40,031 nucleotides of DNA from the sequence record SRR2962707_2248. One strand, 5' to 3'. Shown here piece by piece: positions 28,711 to 36,104 of this stretch. Each line of letters starts with the position of its first letter. Within the stretch, counting starts at the first letter, position 1. The notes beneath the pieces were generated by a model. It saw nothing but the letters and a program-made list of their open reading frames with translations. It did no database searches and had not been told where the DNA came from. A program made the position numbers and the translations under genes.

Positions 28711-30480
28711 ATGGAAATGAATATGGAAGGCGAAAGGAAGTGTGAGATCAGAGTATTAATGCTGGAAGACAATGCGGATGATGTGCTTTTGGCGCAGGGG
28801 ATGTTATCAAAAAATGGCATTAATTACACAATGCGTATAATTGATACGGAAAATGAACTGAAATCAGAAGACTTGACCCATTATGATTTGGTTCTTTGTG
28901 ACTATAATCTCACCGATTATGATGGTCTTCGTTCAGTGCAATACATCCGTGAGCATACAGATATCCCAATCATTATCGTGTCCGGTTCTATAAATGAGGA
29001 GATGGGATGTGAGCTGCTGGAAGCAGGTGCTCAGGAATTTGTGAAAAAATCGTGTTTGAGAATCTTGCCTCACATAGTTAAAAAGTCCCTTGCTCACTAC
29101 GAACTGAAAAAGCAGTCTGCCGAATGTAACAGGATGTATGAAAAGACATCTCAGATGTTCGAAACGCTGTTTGATGGTTTGGAAAACCCGGTGTTCATTA
29201 AAGATACCGAGGGTATATACCAACGTGTCAATGCTGCTTTTTGCAGGTTATATGAAAGAAGTGAGGCTGAGCTAATTGGAAGATCCGATGAGGAACTCGA
29301 CTGGATGCACTTAAGTGAAAAATCCATGAGGGATGACAGGTTTATTTTGGATAAAGGGGTGTCGTCAAATTACGAGTTGAATTACCTTAATGAAAAAGGT
29401 GAGCGGGTATGGCTGGCTGTGACTAAAAATCCAATTTTTACCGATGGGAAAATTTCAGGAATACTAGGACAGGCACGAGATATAACAAAAAGCAAAAATG
29501 CCATCGCCATAATGGAAAAGTCCCAGTTTGTACTATATCAAACCGAGGAGTTGACCCGGGCAGGCAGTTTTGAATATGATGTGGATTTGGACCTGGTCAC
29601 GTGTTCTAAAAACCTCATGAAAATGCTGGGGCTTCATTCCAATCAGATATCCCTGAGCAGGTTGGTTCGACTGATCAAGAAGGAAGATCGTACCATTTTT
29701 CTCGATGGTATTAATAATAGTATTGAAACGAAGCGGGAGTATAGGATGGAACATCGATACATGCTTAATGAAAAAAATCAGGGGCATTTTGAAATCCTTT
29801 TTAGACCGGACTACAGAGATGAAACGGGCAACACATTTTATGGAATCATTGTAGATATTACTGATGAATCCAAGGAAAGTATCTCCCGACTGGAGTATCA
29901 TGAAGAATCTAAAAACGAGATAGCAAGGGAATTGCATGATAATCTAGGCCAAAAACTCAATGCCGCTTCTATGTACCTGGGCAAAGTGATCTCATGTAAT
30001 GATTGTACATCAGTAATCTCAAAAGCAACAGATGTTTTACACGAGGGGATCAATGATCTTGGACGGTTGATTACCGGTATTTCCCTTAAAGAAATAGATG
30101 ATATTTCATTGCAGTATGCACTGGAAAAATTAACCAACTGCCTGCCTGATGGAATGCGTTTAAACTTTGAATGCAATATTGATGAGTCAGCAATTTCAAA
30201 ATTTGTGAAGCGACAGGTATTTCGTATTGTACAGGAGACCGTAAACAATGCAGTGAAATACAGTCAGGCAAAAAACCTCAATATCATACTAAACCACGAA
30301 GGTAGTATCCTGAATATGATTGTAGAGGACGATGGCAATGGATTCGATATACTGACCGCCACAAAAGGAAACGGCCTGATCAATATTACCCACAGGGTTA
30401 AAAAGTCCAATGGCTTGATCAATATTGATTCGAGAAGAGGAGAGGGTACCAAGGTGAGGGTAAAAATGCCGGTTGCTTAA
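28711..30480 (+). CDS. Hybrid kinase: REC + PAS + PAS + HisKA_3 + HATPase (copy 2, paralog of 21857-23626)
   Basis: Shares DYNLTDYDGL, GSFEYD, RPDY, EIARELHDNLGQK, GNGL and IDS..GEGT with copy 1. Confidence 0.88.
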   Translation: MEMNMEGERKCEIRVLMLEDNADDVLLAQGMLSKNGINYTMRIIDTENELKSEDLTHYDLVLCDYNLTDYDGLRSVQYIREHTDIPIIIVSGSINEEMGCELLEAGAQEFVKKSCLRILPHIVKKSLAHYELKKQSAECNRMYEKTSQMFETLFDGLENPVFIKDTEGIYQRVNAAFCRLYERSEAELIGRSDEELDWMHLSEKSMRDDRFILDKGVSSNYELNYLNEKGERVWLAVTKNPIFTDGKISGILGQARDITKSKNAIAIMEKSQFVLYQTEELTRAGSFEYDVDLDLVTCSKNLMKMLGLHSNQISLSRLVRLIKKEDRTIFLDGINNSIETKREYRMEHRYMLNEKNQGHFEILFRPDYRDETGNTFYGIIVDITDESKESISRLEYHEESKNEIARELHDNLGQKLNAASMYLGKVISCNDCTSVISKATDVLHEGINDLGRLITGISLKEIDDISLQYALEKLTNCLPDGMRLNFECNIDESAISKFVKRQVFRIVQETVNNAVKYSQAKNLNIILNHEGSILNMIVEDDGNGFDILTATKGNGLINITHRVKKSNGLINIDSRRGEGTKVRVKMPVA

Positions 30481-30545
30481 TTGATGAGTTAAAAAGAAAT
30501 TTGTAGTAAGTGAGTTGCCTCTCTCAGAGGCAGTGATTAGGTGAG

Positions 30546-30574
30546 AACCTGCCGCGAGAGCGGTGGGTTTTTTT
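30546..30574 (+). terminator. Rho-independent terminator closing the signalling cluster
   Basis: AACCTGCCGC-GAGA-GCGGTGGGTTTTTTT. Confidence 0.8.
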
Positions 30575-30666
30575 ATTCTAATGGCATTCCCCTTAATGTC
30601 GAAAAGAAAGAATTTTAATAGTTCTTATTGAACCTTATCCCGAACTCAGATTAAATTAGAAGGGTG

Positions 30667-31428
30667 ATGGAATTTGAAAAGTTAACAGACCTTTTTCCAA
30701 AAGTATACTTCAATATTGGCATTCGCTATTTGCTGGCTGCCGGGTTGGCCTTTCTGCTATTCTATGTCATTTTCCGTAAGAGATTCCTAATCAAAAGGAT
30801 TCAAGCCACCTTTCCCAGGACTGCTGATTATCGGAGAGACCTGCTTTATTCTTTACTGACGGTGTTTTTCTTCACCATTATCGCATTGCTCACATTCTTT
30901 GTGCTTAAGCCTTACACGTTGCTATATGATTCGTTGGGTGTCAAGACCGTGTGGTACTGGTTGCTCACGGTCATCCCTATGTTTTTCATTCATGACTTTT
31001 ATTTCTATTGGGCCCATCGACTGATGCATCATCCCAAACTTTTCAAGGCGGTTCATAAGGTCCACCATCTTTCTACCAATCCGTCACCATGGACAGCCTA
31101 TGCGTTCCATCCTTTGGAGGCTTTTATAGAGGCAGCCATTATTTTAATTTTTGCTTTTACAGTTCCCACACACGCATTCATCATCATGCTGTTCATGATC
31201 TTTCAGATCATTTACAACGTGTATGGCCACCTGGGGTATGAACTGTTTCCAAAAGGATTTCACAAAACAGTGATTGGCCGGTATGTAAATACCTCCGTGG
31301 CACATAATCAGCATCATGCCCGGTTTCATGGAAACTATGGCCTTTATACGCTCATTTGGGATCGGCTATTTGGAACGGTGAGAGATGATTATGATCAGTC
31401 CTTTGAGCAGGCGACAGGAAAAAAGTAA
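30667..31428 (+). CDS. Sterol desaturase / fatty acid hydroxylase family di-iron membrane enzyme
   Basis: His boxes HRLMH, HKVHH, HNQHH, plus FHPLE and NYG...WDRLFGT. Confidence 0.9.
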   Translation: MEFEKLTDLFPKVYFNIGIRYLLAAGLAFLLFYVIFRKRFLIKRIQATFPRTADYRRDLLYSLLTVFFFTIIALLTFFVLKPYTLLYDSLGVKTVWYWLLTVIPMFFIHDFYFYWAHRLMHHPKLFKAVHKVHHLSTNPSPWTAYAFHPLEAFIEAAIILIFAFTVPTHAFIIMLFMIFQIIYNVYGHLGYELFPKGFHKTVIGRYVNTSVAHNQHHARFHGNYGLYTLIWDRLFGTVRDDYDQSFEQATGKK

Positions 31429-31633
31429 AGCCGACCCTTCTCAGAGCCGGCCTCTACTCACTACTAAAGTATCACAACCAACTATTAAATCCGGCCCGCT
31501 CTCACGGGCCGGCTATCATTAAAACACCTTATCACGGTTAGTGAAAAGATGTCATACTTACGAAGTGGGGGTGGGGTTTGGATTTTTATCACCTCACCCT
31601 AGTCGAAAAACAAATAAGGAGGGTTTTTGTGAC

Positions 31634-31705
31634 ACCTCACCCCAACCCCTCTCCTTTGAGGAGAGGGGCTACTCCTTCTCCTTGAGGAGAAGGCCGGGAT
31701 GAGGT
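31634..31705. repeat. REP/REPIN-like double-hairpin element, copy A
   Basis: ACCTCACCCCAACCCCTCTCC-TTTGA-GGAGAGGGG, then CCTTCTCC-TTGA-GGAGAAGG...GGGATGAGGT. The ends ACCTCA/TGAGGT are inverted. Confidence 0.8.
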
Positions 31706-31717
31706 ACTCTTACTTTA

Positions 31718-32086
31718 TCAAGTTCGCTTTAAATAGCTCAAGATTTTATCAACAGTCTCCGCCATTCCATACATCACATCATCATTTGAAAATCGAAGGA
31801 TTGTGATTCCCAGTTCTTGTAGCTCGAAGGTGCGACCTTCATCGTATTCGTATTGATCTAACTCGTCGTGGTAGGACCCATCCAATTCTATTCCTATATT
31901 ACACTCGTGACAGTAGAAGTCGAGAATATAATTTTTGACCGGATGTTGCCTTCTGAATTTAAAACCGCCCAATCTTCTGTTTCTCAACTTCTCCCAAAGG
32001 AATGCTTCTGCATCAGTAGGCTTCTGCCGGTTTTCACGTGCGTATTGGAATTGTTTGCCAGCTGCGTTTTTATGGAATTCGGTCAT
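31718..32086 (-). CDS. DUF559 (Vsr-like, PD-(D/E)XK fold) endonuclease domain protein
   Basis: Motifs ARENRQKPTDAEAFLWEKLR, FRRQHP, YILDFYC, IELDGSYH, LRFSN. Confidence 0.9.
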   Translation of the reverse strand: MTEFHKNAAGKQFQYARENRQKPTDAEAFLWEKLRNRRLGGFKFRRQHPVKNYILDFYCHECNIGIELDGSYHDELDQYEYDEGRTFELQELGITILRFSNDDVMYGMAETVDKILSYLKRT

Positions 32087-32103
32087 GTTTAGGTTGTTTT
32101 ATT

Positions 32104-32180
32104 ACCTCACCCCAACCCCTCTCCTGAGAGGAGAGTGACTATCTCCTTCTCCTTAAGGAGAAGGGGCCAGGGGATGAGGT
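32104..32180. repeat. REP/REPIN-like double-hairpin element, copy B
   Basis: ACCTCACCCCAACCCCTCTCC-TGAGA-GGAGAG...CCTTCTCC-TTAA-GGAGAAGGGG...GGGGATGAGGT. The first 22 nt are identical to copy A. Confidence 0.8.
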
Positions 32181-32189
32181 TATTTAAAA

Positions 32190-32915
32190 TCACTCAGCCA
32201 CTTCCAACTCACTCTCACTTCTTGACTTCCTCGCACGAGCCACCGCCATGATTTCGGTGGTGATCCCGTTCAACCTGTCCACCAGTGCGTCATGGGTGCC
32301 CGGGTCTGTTTCGTCCAGGATGCTAATCGCATCCAGCAGGACATTTACATGAGGCACGGTCTTGCTCTTCGCCTCACTCAGGGTAGGATAGTCCTTTTTC
32401 GTATCCTCATCCAGTCGGTTATTATAGATGGTGACGAAATCAGCCTGCGCCTGTTTCAGGTCTGCATAGATACCATCCGCATTGAGCGTAGTGAGTGCCG
32501 TTTGGTTTTCCGGCTTGTCCAGCTCCGCGAAGAGTGCCTCCAGCTTACCACTCTGCTCTGCATAACCCAGACGGTAAAGCGTGGTGCCTGCTTTCTCAAT
32601 CAATGGCCATATCTGCTCATAAGCATCCACGATAGCCTGACTGGTTCTTCGTTTGTGCGCATCTACCAGATCCCGAAAACCGACAAACAAATCATCACGC
32701 GTGGCATCCGCAGCAGCTACATCATCTACCAGCTTATTTACCCGTACTGCTGTGATGGCTGCATTCAGATTGTCAATGTCTGTTTCCAGCAGCCCGGTAA
32801 TGCGGGCAATGAAAGGATCAGCCGTGGACAAGTCCATAGTAGCATCCACATACTTGCCGGCAGTCTCCGCCAGCTCAGCAGGAAGTAAAAAGCTAGTTCT
32901 CAGTTTTTTAATCAT
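32190..32915 (-). CDS. Helical hypothetical protein, DUF6261-like
   Basis: 241 aa, predicted all-helical. ADATRDDLFVGFR, LYRLGYAEQSG and LKQAQADF..Y..R resemble the Bacteroidota DUF6261 family (from memory). Confidence 0.6.
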   Translation of the reverse strand: MIKKLRTSFLLPAELAETAGKYVDATMDLSTADPFIARITGLLETDIDNLNAAITAVRVNKLVDDVAAADATRDDLFVGFRDLVDAHKRRTSQAIVDAYEQIWPLIEKAGTTLYRLGYAEQSGKLEALFAELDKPENQTALTTLNADGIYADLKQAQADFVTIYNNRLDEDTKKDYPTLSEAKSKTVPHVNVLLDAISILDETDPGTHDALVDRLNGITTEIMAVARARKSRSESELEVAE

Positions 32916-33020
32916 AATAAATGTTTGTGTTTGGTGAAAAAATATGATTTACACATAATGTTATCGGTATTTGTAAAAAAATACAAGTAAGGTGCTGATA
33001 AAAAACGGTATTGGTGTGAG

Positions 33021-33200
33021 AATTTGATTTTGCGGAATACTCAACGCTGAGAACTGCGCGAGAATCCGGATTTTGAACAATCAGCACTGAGAAATGGAAA
33101 TCCAAGCTTTTTTTAAGTTCTCAGCACTGCGAGAAAGAAAACAGTGCGGATTTTGAATACTCAGTGCTGCGAGAAAGAAATCAGCGTTTTTTTTGGAGGA
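33021..33200. repeat. Degenerate tandem array with 40-bp period and a palindromic core
   Basis: Cores TCAACGCTGA, TCAGCACTGA, TCAGCACTGC and TCAGTGCTGC start at 33041, 33081, 33121 and 33161. Confidence 0.75.
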
Positions 33201-33233
33201 ATCAGGGGTGTGAGAGAGGACTAATCAATTTAT

Positions 33234-34262
33234 CTAGGAAGTAAATTCAAATGGAATATAAAACTCATCGGTACTTTCAAGTGGAATTATTGTTTTTTGT
33301 GAATTCAATAGTGCTTCCATTTTTTGTTTGACGGCCTCTGCGTTAGGATCTTGAATATAAATTTTCTGTAATCTATTGTTCATTTTATTAAGAATTAATT
33401 TGTCCCAGCTTCTATTGAAGGTAGGGAATGAATATCCGATCACAATCAGAGTATCAGTTTCAATTGTATTCTCAATTGCCTTTTCTCGTGTGAGATTTGA
33501 TACTTTTTCATTTTCCCATGAGTAATGAATTGAACTATTAAATGACAGAAGTCCTTTGAATTGGAAGTGTCTTGCTAAGGATTTAAGCATTAGATTTTCT
33601 ACTCCTATGTCATCAAGCTTATGCCCAATTTCAAGTGGATCAAATTGCCAAGGGGTAAAGCTTCCCTTGTCAATTATTCCCCCTATTGTTCCATTGAGTT
33701 TATAAACAGAAAAGCTATTTGAAGGATTATTTGTATTTCCCTTTCTTGGGAATAAGTTTATTTCTTCATCTAAGTCATTCGAATTTGGTTTGAACTGAGC
33801 TGCTGAGAACTCAATTTGCTTATCATAATTCCAACTAATAAATCTCACATTAGATGGAAACTCTACCTCATTCACGCTATTTAGTTTTAAGATAGCCGCA
33901 AAGAAAGCATCGTATCTTTTATCTAGGCCGTTTACAAGTTGCTCATGAGTTAGAAAATCACTTACTAGAAACTTTAAGAATTGATAATCATCTTTTTTTT
34001 GGGTTAAAAATAACTTTCTTGCGAAGGTGTCAACAGATGAATGGTTATCAATCTCTTCAATAAGCCACTTTAAATCTTTCACATAATCAGCGACAAGGCT
34101 CTTAATGTCTGAGTTTATTCCTGGAATTTTATTCGCCACGAAAGACCTATGATCGAACTTATCCTTATAAGCTGAAAGTCTTGTATTGAAATTTTCTATT
34201 GTTGGCAAAGAATCTTTACAACTAGCTCCCGCGCCTATTAGGTAAGTAAATATTTTGCTCAT
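33234..34262 (-). CDS. SIR2-like (SIR2_2-type) domain protein, candidate defence NADase
   Basis: N-terminal LIGAGAS, FISWNYD, YKLNG and LIVIGYSF motifs. The gene is visibly AT-rich. Confidence 0.7.
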   Translation of the reverse strand: MSKIFTYLIGAGASCKDSLPTIENFNTRLSAYKDKFDHRSFVANKIPGINSDIKSLVADYVKDLKWLIEEIDNHSSVDTFARKLFLTQKKDDYQFLKFLVSDFLTHEQLVNGLDKRYDAFFAAILKLNSVNEVEFPSNVRFISWNYDKQIEFSAAQFKPNSNDLDEEINLFPRKGNTNNPSNSFSVYKLNGTIGGIIDKGSFTPWQFDPLEIGHKLDDIGVENLMLKSLARHFQFKGLLSFNSSIHYSWENEKVSNLTREKAIENTIETDTLIVIGYSFPTFNRSWDKLILNKMNNRLQKIYIQDPNAEAVKQKMEALLNSQKTIIPLESTDEFYIPFEFTS

Positions 34263-34375
34263 ACTTCAATCTACCCATTCCTCTAATTACCCTCCCATTA
34301 TTCATCACAAAATATCCCAGCGTTATGCCTAAGTTCTTGTTTTAGGTAAACTGATACTTAGCGGAGTGCAATTAA

Positions 34376-34410
34376 GCCCCTCTCTTTAAGGAGAGGGGTT
34401 GGGGTGAGGT
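34376..34410 (-). repeat. REP-like half element, copy C (inverted)
   Basis: Reverse complement is ACCTCACCCCAACCCCTCTCC-TTAA-AGAGAGGGGC. A degenerate unit follows at about 34417-34468. Confidence 0.75.
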
Positions 34411-34521
34411 AAAACAACCCCTGACCTCTCCGAACGTCGGACCGCTGAGATGGGGGAAGTTTCCCTCTATATATCATGTGGAGATATTCGTATTTCAAGA
34501 GTGATTGTCTAACTTAAATCT

Positions 34522-35190
34522 ATGAGAACTTGCACCGTCATCTTTATTATAGGAATCATGCTCCTATGTTCCAGTCACGGAAGATGTCAAACGAGTGAGG
34601 CCATTCCACTGGAAGTAGAATCGAACCGCATCTATTTATTCTACCTTCATGGTGGAGTGGTACAGTCACAAGGGAGAAATGCAGTGAGCCAGTATTATGG
34701 CAAATATGAATATGATGCCATCATTGATACCTTGGTTGGCAAGGGCTTTTATGTGATCAGCGAAGTTCGACCCAAGGAAACAGATGATATAGAATATGCG
34801 CAAAAGGTTAAAAGCCAGGTGGACACACTGCTGGATCGGGGTGTACCGGCAAAGAACATTGTGATTGTGGGAGCTTCATTAGGCGCATACATGACCCTAA
34901 ATGCAGCAAGAATAATAAATGATCCCGATCTGAGGTATGTACTGATTGGGCTCTGCAGTGACTATGCAGTTGAATACTACACGAAAGAAAATTATCCCCT
35001 TCAGGGAAGGTTCTTATCCATTTATGAAAAGTCTGATTCCAAGCAGTCATGTGCTTTAATATTCAATGAGCGATCAGGTCAGGTCCGCTTTACAGAGATT
35101 GAATTGAATACAGGCTTGGATCATGCATTTCTATTCAAACCATATGAAGAATGGGTGGAGCCCATGACCAATTGGATATTGGGAAATTAG
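34522..35190 (+). CDS. Secreted alpha/beta hydrolase
   Basis: Signal peptide, YLHGG oxyanion motif, nucleophile elbow VGASLGA, C-terminal DHAF. Confidence 0.75.
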   Translation: MRTCTVIFIIGIMLLCSSHGRCQTSEAIPLEVESNRIYLFYLHGGVVQSQGRNAVSQYYGKYEYDAIIDTLVGKGFYVISEVRPKETDDIEYAQKVKSQVDTLLDRGVPAKNIVIVGASLGAYMTLNAARIINDPDLRYVLIGLCSDYAVEYYTKENYPLQGRFLSIYEKSDSKQSCALIFNERSGQVRFTEIELNTGLDHAFLFKPYEEWVEPMTNWILGN

Positions 35191-35265
35191 CGTGTTAGCC
35201 TAGATCTTCACGCTGAACTTGTCGGGGGTATTGGTGTGAGATAAAAACTTCTTCTTCCATTTATC

Positions 35266-35357
35266 ACCTCACCCTAGCCCTCGAAACGTCGGACCGCTCC
35301 TCAAGGAGAGGGAACCTTCCCCTTCTCCTGCCAGGAGAAGGGGCCTGGGGATGAGGT
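35266..35357. repeat. REP/REPIN-like double-hairpin element, copy D, with a 15-nt insertion
   Basis: ACCTCACCCTAGCCCT[CGAAACGTCGGACCG]CTCC-TCAA-GGAGAGGG...CCCCTTCTCCT-GCC-AGGAGAAGGGG...GGGGATGAGGT. Confidence 0.78.
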
Positions 35358-35607
35358 CCTTTAAAATAATCACTCAACACCAGATCGGTTATTTTATGTC
35401 CTCAAGGACCTCCCAAAATCCCTTACTCCACCCTCCGTATATCCCTGATGCGTGATTCACGCAAAATCATACGAGCTAACCACATACGCATCTCACACAC
35501 TTTTTTGCGGGTATTTCGGAATCTTTCTAAACCCGAAAATCCCTCTCATTTCCGGCTATTCATTTTCTGACTTTTGAATTATCAAACAAACAAAAACACA
35601 TAAGAAA

Positions 35608-36069
35608 ATGAAAAAGCAACTGTTATTACCACTTCTTTTTGCCGCCGTTCTAGGAACAGCATCCGCGCAAAATGTAATCGTAAGAACCTATGTAGAAAAG
35701 ACTCACATGAGTCCGAAGACCGGAACCGCCATTGGCTTTGAAAACAAGTACCAATGGGAATATGGAGCATTCTTCCAGGAAGCCTCCTTGATGGAATCCT
35801 TCATGATGAGCGAAGAAGAACTGGAGTCACTTCCACATCAGTATGAAAGGGATTTTGCAGGTATATACTTCGCAGTACCAATCGTAGCGCGAGAGCAATT
35901 TGTCGTGAAAGCCAATGTACGTACCGGGATGTCAAACGGAGAAAACTTCGTGATCACTCCATCGGTGTTGGCAGACTATAAGCCTATAAAGCACTTCAGA
36001 ATAGGACTAGGTGTGGGCTCCAGAGCTTTTCGTCCTACACTTCAGGCATCTGTTGCCCTTTCATTCTAA
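35608..36069 (+). CDS. Secreted hypothetical protein, probable small outer membrane beta-barrel
   Basis: Signal peptide ending ASA-Q, alternating beta-strand pattern, C-terminal Phe (VALSF). Confidence 0.6.
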   Translation: MKKQLLLPLLFAAVLGTASAQNVIVRTYVEKTHMSPKTGTAIGFENKYQWEYGAFFQEASLMESFMMSEEELESLPHQYERDFAGIYFAVPIVAREQFVVKANVRTGMSNGENFVITPSVLADYKPIKHFRIGLGVGSRAFRPTLQASVALSF

Positions 36070-36104
36070 AATCCATTTTAAAAGACCTATAAACTCATAA
36101 TAAA

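Noticed and set aside
30667-31428. Desaturase as an ethylene-metabolising output of the signalling cluster
   Set aside because: It is separated by a strong terminator and about 185 bp. Only adjacency supports a link, and the family is common.
32292-32888. 198-aa plus-strand ORF
   Set aside because: It is an antisense shadow of the GC-richer 32190-32915 gene with no recognisable motifs.
32908-33105. 65-aa minus-strand ORF over the array
   Set aside because: It overlaps the probable promoter region, and the repeat period is not a multiple of 3, so it is probably spurious.
33021-33200. CRISPR array interpretation of the 40-bp repeats
   Set aside because: The conserved core is only about 12 bp and degenerate, the intervening parts are related to each other instead of being unique spacers, the period is too short, and no cas genes are present.
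31634-35357. Classical IS or composite transposon
   Set aside because: No DDE, HUH/RAYT or serine/tyrosine recombinase gene lies within the islet.
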